A stretch of DNA of 64,000 bases from Macrostomum lignano (Eukaryota), in the NCBI GenBank assembly GCA_002269645.1, contig NIVC01001833.1, positions 168,578-232,577 on the forward strand. The letters run 5' to 3'. Both the position numbers and the translations under genes were made by a program. Shown in pieces: positions 37,801 to 51,107 of the stretch. Below the pieces are notes generated by a model. The model had not been told where the DNA came from. It was given only the letters and a program-made list of their open reading frames with translations, and searched no databases. Every line of letters starts with the position of its first letter. Position 1 is the first letter of the stretch.

Positions 37801-40800
37801 GTGGCGGCAACAAACCAGGGAATGCCCAGAATAGAATTGATGCCAATCAGCACTGCAACAATCAGCAAGTCAAGATGATAGCCCAAGCCTTTCTTCAGCT
37901 TGTTCTCTTTGCGATTGACAATCACAGCTGTGATCTGCTGGTCCATGAAGATCAGAATAGTTGCTAGGAGAGCCGGCAGCAGGGCCAGTGGGATGGAGTA
38001 CCAGGGATTCTGATTGCGAGTACCGAACGGCGAAACCAACCAGCCCCTGGTCTCGTAGCCCAGCGTAGGCGAGAAGGACTCCGGGACGTGCAGTTTAGGA
38101 GTCTGCAGGCCTACCAACAGGTCCAAACCAGTCATGGCAACAATCGCTATCATCACAGCGAAATCGCTAATGACCATACGGACTCGGTTAGGAAAGAATG
38201 GCGAAGTTCGCATCAGTTTGAGTCCATAGCTGATCACAAATGTGCCAATAGCCAGCAGGCAGGAGAAGAAGAATACGTCTGGTACGGCGAACTTGCCGCA
38301 CCCGCTGCCAACCCACTGGCCCAGCTGGGCGGTGCACAGCTTGTTATTCTTGTCCCAGTCCCAATCGTAGTACACAATGGCAGTGTGGTTAGTGTAATAC
38401 CTGCCATCGGAGTCGTTGTAGCTGGGTATTCTCAGATGCTGGCCCTGAGCTAGCGGTTTCGATTGGTTGAGATTCGACTCGCAGATGCAATTGAAATCCG
38501 GCAGGTAGTTGGGATGCCAGTCAGGATTAATAGGATAAGCTTTCAGTATGTTGCGCAACTTTTTGAAGGCTTCGATGATGAAGATGAGAGCGATTAGGCT
38601 GGCGAAAGACTCTTCTGTGAAGCGGGTGATGTACCTGCGGGATTGAGGATGGATGAAGGACTTAGTAGATTGGCAATTACCACTAAGTAAATTCCTTATT
38701 GCACACAAATTTACCCCCTAGTTTATACCTGAATAAACACTAGTTTATACTCAATAGGCACTTCAGTTTATACTCCTGTAAACACATGAGTTTAAACTCA
38801 AATAAACAGTCACCACTTTCAACCCAAATAAACACTCTAGTTTGTAGCTGAATAAACATCCTCTTTATACCCAAAAGAAAACCCAGTTTACACTCACATT
38901 AACAACCTAGTTCAAACCCAAATAAACACCCGAGTTTTTACCCAAATAAACCCAAGTTTATACCCAAATAAACCCCAGTTTAAACCCAAATAAACACCCC
39001 AGTTTAAACCAAAATAAACACCCACTTTAAACCCTAATAAACACCCCAGTTTTGAACCCACAAACACCCCACTTAAAATCCAAATAAACACCCGAGTTTT
39101 TACCCAAATAAACCCAAGTTATACCCAAATAAACCCCAGTTTAAACCCAAATAAACCCAAGTTTATACCCAAATAAACACCCCAGTTTAAACCCAATCAA
39201 ACACCCCACTTAAAATCCAAATAAACAATCCCGTTCAAACCCAAATAAACACCCAATTTAAACCCAAATAAACACCCAGTTTAAACCACAAATAAACACC
39301 CGTTAAACAAAAAAACCCAGTTTAAACCCAAATTAACACCCCAGTTTAAACCCAATCAAACACCCCACTTAAATCAAAATAAACAACCCCAGTTTAAATC
39401 CAAATAAACACCCCTTTTATGGATATTAAAAACAGCCATAAAACTCAAAACTCACTTGACCAAAGCGCTCAAATCGAAGGCCACAACGGTGAGCAAAATG
39501 AGAAATATCCACAAGCCAACCCACATTCGAAATGACAGATAGTCCCAGCCCAGCGAGTTCTTGCTGAACCTGAATATGATTGACTCGAACACGAGCATGG
39601 GACCGGTGGAACCTGTTGCCGCAGGTATGAAGGAAAAGATTACGGATATGAATGCGAGTACACAGTTGCGGAATCTTCAACCTAGAAACTGCTTTCTCAT
39701 GATAAATCTCACGGCTCTGACATATTTTATGTTAACTATGGTTAACTATCAGATATATTATACCATCTTCTCTAAACCATCCCATAGTTCTCTATCATCT
39801 ATCTCATAGTTACCTCTCATTTATCTCATAGTTCTCTGTCATCTATTTCATAGTTCTCTCTCATCTATCTCATAGTTCTCTCTTATCATCTCATAGTTTT
39901 CTCTCATCTATCTCATAGTTCTCTCTTATCTCATAGTTCTCTCTCATCTATTTTATAGTTCTCTCTCTCATTTATCTCATAGTTCTCTCTCATCTATTTT
40001 ATAGTTATCTCATCTTTTTCGCACTATACTCTTATTTAGAAAAAATAAACAATCCTAACCGAGATTAAAATACAACCATAAACAGACGATATGTTTTGAA
40101 AACAATATAAAACTCAGCCGGCAGAGACAAATTACCCAATATGGTGAGCGGCTGTCCGGAGCACAGAGCGAAGAGAGTGCCACAGATGGCACCAGACAGG
40201 ATGGACTCCATAGCGCCCAGATAGCCTTCAGTCTCGTCAGACAGCAGGCCGCCAAAGGTGATGATGGGAGTCAGACAGGCAAAGTACAGAAAGAAGAAAG
40301 CGCCAATAGTTTGCACGTGAATAGCGTCGCGAATATCTGACCAATAGAATGGCGCTTTGCGTTTCACATCTTCAACCAGGCCGCCAAAAAGTCTACCAGT
40401 GATGCGCAGTGACGGATCCGTGTGACAGGTCTCCTCATAGGCCGGGGGACTGTCTCCATTGGGTCCGGACTTTGATAACAGATTGGCGCCAGATGATGCG
40501 GTGGCGCTGCCTCCGCCTTCGCCGCCATTTGAGCCGCTGGCGAGCTCGTGAGATGCCAGCGCGGCGGGAACGGCTGGAGTTTCGGAAAAAATGGATGATA
40601 ATTTTCGGAAATATTGAAAAATATAATAAAATGCGCTACTAGGCTACTTAACAGTCGATATTCAGTAGTATAATTAGGAAAAATAATAATCAACGTCAAA
40701 GTCAATCCTAGTGACTTACAAGCCGACGTTCCAAGAAGAGCATTCGAACCGGTGACAGGTACAGAGCCCTGTTTGCGAGGCTCCTGGGAGGGCACCTCCT

Positions 40801-41826
40801 TCGGTGGCTCAATTCGAATCGATGGGTCCCATTCGTTTGGCGGCAGAACTGTGCAGGATTTCAGGAATTCATCCACGCCGCAGAGCAGGTCGTCCTGTTC
40901 AAGGCAGATGTGGTTGAGATGATATAACTTAGTGAGGTGGGTGACTGAGATAAGAACACAGCGAGAGCGGAGTGGGGTGGGTGACTGAGATAAGAACACA
41001 GCGATAGCGAAGTGGGGTGGGTGACTCAGATAAGAACACAGCGAGAGCGGAGTGGGGTGGGTGACTGAGATAAGAACACAGCGAGAGCGGAGTGGGGTGG
41101 GTGACTCAGATAAGAACACAGCGATAGCGGAGTGGGTTGGGTGACTGAGATAAGAACACAGCGATAGCGGAGTGGGGTAGGTGACTGAGATAAGGACACA
41201 GCGAGAGCGGGGTGAGGTGGGTGACTGAGATAAGAACTCTGCGATAGCGGAGTGGGGTGGGTAACTGAGATAAGAACACAGCAAAAGCGGAGTGAGGTGG
41301 GTGACTAAGATGAGCACACACCTTGCTCTTGGCCAGGTAGGCCACATCGTGGAAGACCTCATCAGACATGAGCGTGGCCATGCTCCTGCCCATCTCGTGA
41401 AAGTTGGCACTCTGTCCCGGCGGTCCCAGCAGCACGTAGATGAACCTGGTCGGCACTGGAACCTCGGTGAGATCGCCCAGCACAACGGCAGTTTTCAATC
41501 GAATAAACGCCGTCACAGGATGGTCGAGAAAGTCGGTACTGCCAACCAGGATGTTGGAAGTCTCAGCTCCTGGCGGAATTTTCTTCATGAAGTGCTGGTC
41601 GAACCGGTAGCTGCTGGCGGACGCAGTGAGCTCTGGTCCCTCTGCTCCGTGCTGCTGGGCTTCTATGTCGCCGCGGCTGCTGTCTACATGCTTCAGATTG
41701 CCGACTGATGGGTGAACGGCGTCTGCGGGTGTGATAGGGTGAGGCAAAGTGAGGCATATCGCATATAATATCGTCTTTCACAGACTATTCCTGAACTTAA
41801 CACAAACTTGAACATACTTAAAAATT

Positions 41827-41865
<39 letters not shown>

Positions 41866-44800
41866 CCTAATCCAATTCACACACACTCTAATCCGATTCA
41901 CACACACTCGACTTCGATTCACACACACTCTGATCTAATTCACACACACTCTGATCTGATTCACACACACTCTAATCCAATTCACACACACTCTCGAATC
42001 CGATTCACACACACTCTGATCTGATTCACACACACTCTAATCCAATTCACACACACTCTAATCCGATTCACACACACTCGACTTCGATTCACACACACTC
42101 TGATCTAATTCACACACACTCTGATCTGATTCACACACACTCTAATCCAATTCACACACACTCTCGAATCCGATTCACACACACTCTGATCTGATTCACA
42201 CACACTCTAATCCAATTCACACACACTCTCGAATCCGATTCACACACACACTAGAATCCGATTCACACACACTCTGATCTGATTCACACACACTCTAATC
42301 CAATTCACACACACTCTCGAATCCGATTCACACACACACTAGAATCCGATTCACACACACTCTGATCTGATTCACACACACTCTAATCCAATTCACACAC
42401 ACTCTCGAATCCGATTCACACACACACTAGAATCCGATTCACACACACTCTGATCTGATTCACACACACTCTAATCCAATTCACACACACTCTCGAATCC
42501 GATTCACACACACACTAGAATCCGATTCACACACACTCTGATTTGATTCACACACACTCTGATCTGATTCACACACACTCTAATCCAATTCACACACACT
42601 CTGATTTGATTCACACACACTCTGATCTGATTCACACACACTCTAATCCAATTCACACACACTCTAATCCATTCACACACAATCTATGCCGATTCACACA
42701 CTTTCTAATCCGATTCACACACTTTCTAATCCGACTCACACACAACTGAACACCTCAAAAGCACCCTAATCCGATTCGCACGAATTCGCAACTCACCCCT
42801 ATCCAAATCCTTCGACGAATGCTTTCGCCCAATCTCGGCAAAGCTGCGTATTTTGGCGCCCAAATTGCCCCTGGCCTTTTTCTCATGCAGATGCAAATGC
42901 CGTTTGAGCAGCACATCCTTGACCAGCTCTCTGGATTCCGATGTTAATTTCCGTTTCTGAACGAGACGATCAAGCAATAGGTCGGCGATTGATTCCATAG
43001 TTTGGCCCTCGCATTCCAGCATGATTTCGCCTGTAAATTTGACAACCAAATCTTTAAGAACCGATATGTATCGAAAAAAAAATCTTTAGAAAAATTGTTT
43101 GAAAATTCTCTAGTTACCGTTGTAGATAGAATTTCGTACTTCGAACAAAGCGAACAGGCTCAGGGTGGCCACGTGAGGCTTTGACCAACGCTCGCCGCCT
43201 TCTTCAACATCCTCTTCGAATTTGATCCATCGAGCTGTCTCTTTCCACTGCAGATCACCTGACAGGTGAGAGACAGTGCGGATGAGCTTAGTGTTTATTT
43301 AGTGTACATTAAGCTAGTAGGGGGCTGAGTGTACATTAGGGCAGGAGGGGGCTGAGTGTACATTAGGGCAGGAGGGGAATGAGTGTACATTAGGGCAGGA
43401 GGGGGCTGAGTGTACATTGGGGTAGGAGGTGAGTGTACATCAGGGTAGGAGGGGACTGAGTGTACATTAGGGTAGGAGGGGACTGAGTGTACATTAGGGT
43501 AGGAGGGGACTGAGTGTACATTAGGGTAGGAGGGGACTGAGTGTACATTAGGGTAGGAGGGGACTGAGTGTACATTAGGGTAGGAGGGATCTGAGTGTAC
43601 ATTGGGGTTGGAGGGGACTGAGTGTACATTGGGGTAGGAGGGGAGTGTACATTAGGGTAAGAGGGGGCTGAGTGTACATTGGTGAAGGAGGGGAGTGTAC
43701 ACTAGGGCAAGAGGGGGCTGAGTGTACATTGGGGTAGGAGGGAGTGTACATTAGGGTAAGAAGGGGCTGAGTGTACATTGGGGTAGGAGGGATCTGAGTG
43801 TACATTAGGGTAGGAGGCAACTGAGTGTACATTGGGGTAGGGAGGGGCTGAGTGTAAATTAAAGTAGGAGACGACTGAGTGTACATTGGGGTAGGGAGGG
43901 GCTGAGTGTACATTGAGTAAGGATCGGGTTTGTACATTAGGCTGGGTAAGAATTGAGTAAGGCTTTTAAAGAAAATGTTATTTCTATCTAGCTCGTAGAA
44001 AAACTCCAAAGTTGGCCAAGTCTCAAGCACAACACCATTTTAAAAATACAGTTCTTACTAACTCAATTGCTAAAAGGTTCACAAGGAAACTGGAAATACC
44101 AATCTACGTCTACATGAAAAGGCTGGCATTACTAATTCCAAGATGTCTACTAACAGTAATAGAAACAACATTTTTAAGCCTGCATTTATCGAAGAAATGA
44201 AGTTAATAAGGAAATTATATCTGGGATTGATCATGCCATTAATATTTAGTAGAAGTCATAAATCAAGTCACTAATTAACTACTGCAATAAATAAGAAAAC
44301 TAAAAAAATATATGGGCATCACGGCAGAAATTCTTAGTTTTTGTGCAATCTAACTGAAAATAAATTTTGCATTAATGCGTTTAAATTAAAATCATTCCAA
44401 AAATATTAAACAAATCGGTGAAATTCAAACCGTTTAATTCTTCATGGTGACTGAAAATAAATCAGATTTGAGAACACACGGTTCACAGAGTACATAAATG
44501 CACTTTTGACTACTTAAAAAGCGAGCTGAAGCATAACTTTTTGAGTTAGACAATTGCTTTTGGGAGCACGACCATTGACTGTCCACCAGTCTAGGTTAAA
44601 GTTAGGGTGCAGGTTAGGGTTAGAGGGTTTGGGTTTAGGTTAGGGTTTGGGTTTAGGTTAGGGTTTAGGTTTGGGTTAGGGTTTGGGTTTAGGTTAGGGT
44701 TTGGGTTTAGGTTAGGGTTTAGGTTTGGGTTAGGGTTTGGGTTTAGGTTAGGGTTTGGGTTTAGGTTAGGGTTTGGGTTTAGGTTAGGGTTTAGGTTAGG

Positions 44801-47800
44801 GTTTGGGTTTAGGTTAGGGTTTAGGTTAGGGTTTGGGTTTTGGTTAGGGTGCGGGTTTAGGTTAGGGTGCGGGTTTAGGTTAGGGTGTGGGTTAGGGTTT
44901 GGATTTGTTTTTAGGTTCGGGTGTAGGATAGGGTTTAGGTTAGGGTGTGGATTAAAGAGTTCAGGTTTAAGGCACTTTTTCAAAGGTTCGTAGACACATA
45001 GTATTTACATAATTCATTCAATGACTATAGTCAAGATCTCTTGAATAAAAATTAGATTTCTTAAAGCCCATATCATAGCCAAAAGCTAACGAGTTAAATG
45101 CAGAAAGCATAATAACAAAGTTATTAATTTTAACAAGTCCACCAATTGCATTAGAATGCATGAAAACACTGTTACATCATTTTCCAAGCGTCTGAGACAC
45201 ACACACACACACACTGGAGTTCTGGAGTCTTGCACCCGATGAAAACGGTACCTAGGGCCTAGAAGCGTTCCCAGAGTCGTTGCAGGTAAACGCATGTAAA
45301 AAAGGAAATTAGTGACTCTAGACGACTTAGCTAGACGACTTAGACGACGATTTAGCCTTAATATTACAGTGATAGTTACTCCTGTCGTTTACCCTAAAAT
45401 TACGTTAATTTGCTTAGGTCTTTCATAGGTATAGGTATATTAGCTATATAATATAGAATATAAACAGAGTTAAAAACAAAAAAATTACCAGCAGCATCAG
45501 ATTTGAACAATTCGTCCATTTCGCAGAAAACCGGATGCACTTCCGGTTCGTCCGGCCCGTTCTCGTCGTCATCCTGATTGCTGCCGAGTAGGAACTGCAC
45601 ACGGGCTGACGGGTCAGCGGTCTGAGACTGGGGACCTGGGCAGCCGGGAAAAAGAGATGAAGTTTCACCCTGTCAAAACAGACTACTTACAGTAAGCAGG
45701 AATGAACTTAATGCATTGTTGGCACCATCACTGATAAACTTTAACCTTGCATAGTCAGACTTGCCTCCCTCTTTGATATTTTTGGTCCCATCAATATTTT
45801 CAGCTTGCCTGCCGAATTCCCTTTCAAGTAATTGATTTTATACCTGCCCTAATTGGGCCAGATGTGCAACCTGAAGGTGCATCTGAAGGCTGCGTACGTC
45901 TGTTCAGTCCAAGGACTGGGGAGTGGTCACACACCCCCTCAATTACCCCAGCTAATGCTGGCACCCATTTTACAGCTCTGGGTGAACTGAAGCAATGCAG
46001 AGTTAAGTGTCTTTCTTAAGGACACAAATTATTACAGTAGGATCGGGAATCGAACCCCCGACCTTCGAGTCGTGAGTCAGACGCTCTAACCACTACGCTA
46101 CAATCCCTATCATTTCAAGTTCATACACAAAAAAGTGCTGCTAGGGATCCTCTATGATCTACAACTTTTTTGTAACTCTATGAGGCATCATAGGCCATAG
46201 GCCTAATAAGTAAGCAACAGCTTATTATTAAATTATCATGGTAATAAAAAAACTATGAAAGAGAATAATCTGCCACAATAACTAAGGTCGACTTAGCAAC
46301 TGAATTTGTGTACAATAAAAACCAAGGCAAAATAAAAACCAATGTATGTATTAGTATAAGTACTACGGTGATGATTAGTCTAATTTTCATAAAAGTCGAC
46401 AAAATTGGCATGCAATTTAGAAATTTCTATAGTTAACAATTTCTGTAAATGTCACACAGTGAATGTCAGAGGATGTCACACAGTGAATGTCAGGGAATCT
46501 CACACTGTGAATGTCAGGGAATGTCACACTGTGAATGTCAGGGAATGTCACACTGTGAATGTCAGGGAATGTCACACAGTGAATGTCAGGGAATGTCACA
46601 CTGTGAATGTCAGGGAATGTCACACAGTGAATGTCAGGGAATGTCACACTGTGAATGTCAGGGAATGTCACACAGTGAATGTCAGGGAATGTCACACTGT
46701 GAATGTCAGGGAATGTCACACAGTGAATGTCAGGGAATGTCACACAGTGAATGTCAGGGAATGTCACACAGTGAATGTCAGGGAATGTCACACTGTGAAT
46801 GTCAGGGAATGTCACACTGTGAATGTCAGGGAATGTCACACAGTGAATGTCAGGGAATGTCACACTGTGAATGTCAGGGAATGTCACACAGTGAATGTCA
46901 GGGAATGTCACACTGTGAATGTCAGGGAATGTCACACAGTGAATGTCAGGGAATGTCACACAGTGAATGTCAGGGAATGTCACACAGTGAATGTCAGGGA
47001 ATGTCACACAGTGAATGTCAGGGAATGTCACACTGTGAATGTCGGTAGATACCTTAAAAAATGCACTAATATAATGCTACTGTACTACTTCTAAAATACT
47101 ACTTGTACGCAACTAAATATTCAATAAAAGTGTACAACAGAACAACAAGGTGCAAAGCAGCACAGAGAGACAATAAAGTTAGTAAAAATCACCTGGATCA
47201 GTATCGGTGGTTTAGTGGAATTATTAAAAACGACAAAAATGAAACAAGATATGCAGATAAACAGACGCATTAAGCTCGTACCAGCGATTCACTGATATTT
47301 TGGCATAATAAATCGTATAGGCTGTACTATAACAGATTTTACCTGTCTCCGTCTTGGTGACAATGTCTGCTAGCCTGCTGAAGTCTTTAAATTTTATTTG
47401 CAGAAAAAAGCAGAGAAATTAAGAAATTAGTTTTATTCACTTCTTGACTTAAAGTAAATACAATTTGAAAGGAAAGAGATAAATGATGATTACTGAGGAT
47501 TGAGGTTTGATTCTGGCGCTATCTGAGGTTTGATTCTGGCGCTATCTGAGGTTTGATTCTGGCGCTATCGGAGGTTTGATTCTGGCGCTATCTGAGGTTT
47601 GATTCTGGCGCTATCTGAGGCTTGATTCTGGTGCTATCTGAGGTTTGATTCTGGCGCTATCTGAGGCTTGATTCTGGCGCTATCGGAGGTTTGATTCTGG
47701 CGCTATCTGAGGCTTGATTCTGGTGCTATCGGAGGTTTGATTCTGGCGCTATCTGAGGCTTGATTCTGGCGCTATCTGAGGCTTGATTCTGGTGCTATCT

Positions 47801-49778
47801 GAGGTTTGATTCTGGCGCTATCTGAGGCTTGATTCTGGTGCTATCGGAGGTTTGATTCTGGCGCTATCTGAGGCTTGATTCTGGCGCTATCTGAGGTTTG
47901 ATTCTGGTGCTATCTGAGGTTTGATTCTGGCGCTATCTGAGGTTTGATTCTGGCGCTATCTGAGGTTTGATTCTGGCGCTATCTGAGGCTTGATTCTGGC
48001 GCTATCTGAGGCTTGATTCTGGCGCTATCTGAGGTTTGATTCTAGCGCTATCTGAGGTTTGATTCTTGGCGCTATGTGAGGCTTGATTCTGGCGCTATCT
48101 GAGGTTTGATTCTGGCGCTATCTGAGGTTTGATTCTGGCGCTATCTGAGGCTTGATTCTGGCGCTATCTGAGGTTTGATTCTGGCGCTATCTGAGATTTG
48201 ATTCTGACGCTATCTGAGGCTTGATTCTTGATTCTGGCGATATCTAAGGTTTTTTGCGCTATTTGAGTTTAGATTTTGGTCCTGTGTCTAAAATTCTTGC
48301 GTTTTAAAAGTTAGACAAAAGTAGTTTCATACAAAAGATTGCAACTGGATACAAAAAACAAAAAGTGCGAAAAAGGAATTAACAACATGATACAGGTGAC
48401 AATGCAAGAAAATAATGTGTATTAAGCCAATAGAAAGACAAACAGTAAATCGAAGAACTCACCTGGCGTTGCGTTCTCGTCAGCTTCGTTAACGGCGGCC
48501 ACTGAAAATAATTGTTACAATTAAGATTCAGCTTTAATGAAGTGATATTTTGAACACTTAGATTACTTAGTGGCAACTGGGTCATGGATGAAGTTTAAGC
48601 AAATAGAAGATTGAGATGCAGGTTAAATGGGTTAGATTCAGATAACTAGGGTGAGAGTCATGTATATAGGGTAAGATTTAGGTCACTAGAGTGAGATTCA
48701 GGTAACTAGGGTGAGATTCATGTATCTAGGGTAAGATTTAGGTCACTAGAGTGAGATTCAGGTAACTAGGGTGAGATTCATGTATCTAGGGAGATTCAGG
48801 TGACTAGAGTGAGATTCATGTATCTAGGGAGATTCAGGTGACTAGAGTGAGATTCATGTATCTAGGGAGATTCAGGTCACTAGGGTGAGATTCATTGAGA
48901 TTTATGTAGCTAGGGAGATTCAGATAAGTAGGGTGAGATTCATGTAACTAGGGTGAGATTCATGCATTTAGGGTGAGATTCAGGTCACTAGAGTGAGATT
49001 CAGGTAACTAGGGTGAGATTCATGTATCTAGGGAGATTCAGGTCACTAGGGTGAAATTCATGTATCTAGGGTGAGATTCTGGTGACTAGAGTGAGATTCA
49101 TTGAGATTTATGTGGCTAGGGAGATTCAGATAATTAGGGTGAGATTCAGATAATTAGGGTGAGATTCAGATAATTAGGGTGAGATTCAGATAAGTAGGGT
49201 GAGATTCATGCATCTAGGGTGAGATTCAGGCCACTAGGATGAGATTCAGGTAACTAGGGTGAGATTCATTGAGATTTATGTAGCTAGGGAGATTTAGATA
49301 ATTAGGGTGAGATTCAGATAAGTAGGGTGAGATTCATGCATCTAGGGTAAGATTTAGGTCACTAGAGTGAGATTCAGGTAACTAGGGTCAGATTCATGTA
49401 TCTAGGGAGATTCAGGTCACTTGGATGAGATTCAGGTAATTAGGGTGAGATTCAGATAAGTAGGGTGAGACTCAGGAATCTTGGGTGAGATTCGGTAACT
49501 AGGTGACATTCAGGTGTTATTCCACTAGGGGTGATTCAGTGTCATTCCATCTCACTATTATTCTGCTGATGATTTCTACGTCGTCTGCGTTTCTTTCGCG
49601 AGCCGCTAGCCGCAGAGGAGGGCACGTGCACTCCAATGTACATGGTCTTGCCGCCGCCTACGCTGCCGCCGCCGCCGCCTAGTATAGGCATGCATCGGTG
49701 AGTCTCAGCCTCCTCAAACACTCGCTGACCTCCGCTGTGACGTGAAGCGGCAGGAATAGGCTCCTCTCGTTCGGACAT
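34870..49778 (-). CDS. SLC4A: SLC4 anion exchanger / Na+-coupled bicarbonate transporter (SLC4A7/8/10, Ndae1-like), about 1219 aa
   Basis: Exons (minus): 49778-49556, 48501-48463, 47384-47343, 45635-45489, 43258-43118, 43030-42797, 41722-41322, 40894-40720, 40573-40136, 39612-39456, 38634-37714, 37135-36929, 36049-35618, 34972-34870; all GT-AG and phase-consistent (3660 nt). Hallmarks: [140 protein letters not shown]. The two micro-exons and the last exon are less certain. Confidence 0.95.
35000..35590. repeat. 22-bp intronic minisatellite (GTGTCCGAGAGATAATGGACTT)
   Basis: Visible. Confidence 0.9.
36100..36875. repeat. 28-bp intronic minisatellite (CTGGGAGGCTGGTCCAGAAACTGGGGAT)
   Basis: Visible. 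Confidence 0.93.
37250..37550. repeat. 23-bp intronic minisatellite (GAATTCTCCCAGAATTCCCCATT)
   Basis: Visible. Confidence 0.85.
38720..39415. repeat. Degenerate about 24-bp intronic repeat (TTTAAACCCAAATAAACACCCCAG)
   Basis: Visible. Confidence 0.85.
39780..40015. repeat. About 22-bp intronic repeat (TCTATCTCATAGTTCTCTCTCA)
   Basis: Visible. Confidence 0.8.
40935..41310. repeat. 40-bp intronic minisatellite (GTGACTGAGATAAGAACACAGCGATAGCGGAGTGGGGTGG)
   Basis: Visible, about 9 units. Confidence 0.92.
41830..42745. repeat. (CA)n-based compound minisatellite (about 21-23-bp units)
   Basis: Visible, e.g. CTCTAATCCAATTCACACACA. Confidence 0.92.
43320..43915. repeat. 27-bp intronic minisatellite (GAGTGTACATTAGGGTAGGAGGGGACT)
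   Basis: Visible. Confidence 0.9.
44590..44960 (+). repeat. Interstitial telomere-like hexamer array (TTAGGG/TTTGGG/TTTAGG)
   Basis: Visible; TTAGGG alternates with variant hexamers. Confidence 0.85.
45830..46112 (-). mobile_element. tRNA-derived SINE with CORE-like central domain
   Basis: Minus strand GGGATTGTAGCGTAGTGGTTAGAGC (A box)...GGTTCGATTCCC (B box), then TGTGTCCTTAAGAAAGACACTTAAC...TTCAGTTCACCCAGAGCTGTAAAATGGG, resembling the MIR/CORE consensus. Possible 8-bp TSD TTTCAAGT at 45822-45829 and 46113-46120. Confidence 0.8.
46447..47045. repeat. 24-bp intronic minisatellite (GAATGTCACACAGTGAATGTCAGG)
   Basis: Visible; A/T dimorphism at one position. Confidence 0.95.
47490..48240. repeat. 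23-bp intronic minisatellite (ATCTGAGGTTTGATTCTGGCGCT)
   Basis: Visible. Confidence 0.95.
48640..49500. repeat. 20-bp intronic minisatellite (CTAGGGTGAGATTCAGGTAA, degenerate)
   Basis: Visible. Confidence 0.9.
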
Positions 49779-50309
49779 TTGTTTGGACAGTTGGAAATAA
49801 AGCTTTCAAGTCGTGGCTTCAACAACAAAACATGAACAGCAGAGAGAATGCGCAAGCAAACTTTAACGGGGGTTGATGTTGATTATAAAAATAACTGGGC
49901 ACTGCTAATTCTTGCATATTTAACTAACTGCAGGTCCATTGGATCAGAAAATTCTACAAAATAAGAGCCAATACAAAATTGCGCAGAATTCAATGCAGAG
50001 CGCCTTTTTTTAACGCATTAAAATTGCGCCAACAAGCTGGAAGAACCTTTCAAATCTCTCAACATACAACTGCGCAGTACAAATACGAACTATAACCGAC
50101 ATTGGGCAAACAAACCTTATATTGAGAAGCAATTACTAAAGTAGTCGAAATTCGAACTCAGACCAAACACTAGAAGGGCGAGGAGTTTTACAATCATTCA
50201 TCTGATAAGCATATTGCAAGCACGCCTGGATAATTCTGCAAGTTGCTTAACGTTTTATTAGTTTAGGGCGCAAATTTCGTGTTGCACTAGCGTCACATTT
50301 GTGATCAGT

Positions 50310-50970
50310 TTGCACTTGTGTCACATCTGTGGTCTCTTAGTGTGCGCTTGTGTCACATCTGTGGTCTCTTAGTGTGCACTTGTGTCACATCTGTGGTCTC
50401 TTAGTGTGCGCTTGTGTCACATCTGTGGTCTCTTTGTGTGCGCTTGTGTCACATCTGTGGTCTCTTTGTGTGCGCTTGTGTCACATCTGTGGTCTCTTTG
50501 TGTGCGCTTGTGTCACATCTGTGGTTTCTTAGTGTGCACTTGTGTCACATTTGTGATCTTTTAGTGTGGGCTTGTGTCACATTTGTGATCTTTTAGTGTG
50601 TGCTTGTCAAATCTGTGGTCAATCAGTGTGCACTTGTGTCACATTTGTGGTCTCTTAGTGTGCGCTTGTGTCACATTTGTGGTCTCTTAGTGTGTGCTTA
50701 TGTCAAATCTGTGGTCAATCAGTGTGCACTTGTGTCACATTTGTGGTCTCTTAGTGTGCGCTTGTGTCACATCTGTGGTCTCTTAGTGTGCGCTTGTGTC
50801 ACATCTGTGGTCTCTTAGTGTGCGCTTGTGTCACATCTGTGGTCTCTTAGTGTGCGCTTGTGTCACATCTGTGGTCTCTTAGTGTGCGCTTGTGTCACAT
50901 CTGTGGTCTCTTAGTTTGCACTTGTGTCACATCTGTGGTCTCTTAGTGTGCACTTGTGTCACATCTGTGG
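50310..50970. repeat. 32-bp minisatellite (GTGTCACATCTGTGGTCTCTTAGTGTGCGCTT) upstream of SLC4
   Basis: Visible. Confidence 0.93.
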
Positions 50971-51107
50971 GTGCTTGCTATTTTTCAGCATACATCAGCA
51001 TATATCCCAACATATATGACAATAGAAAATTTTCAGCTAACATCTACCTGTGTACATGTTAGGATCAAATAAAGTGACTTTACATAGAACATACTATACT
51101 ACATGCG

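Noticed and set aside
46035-46108. tRNA gene (anticodon CAC)
   Set aside because: Anticodon stem pairs poorly and the sequence runs directly into a CORE-like body, so it is a SINE head.
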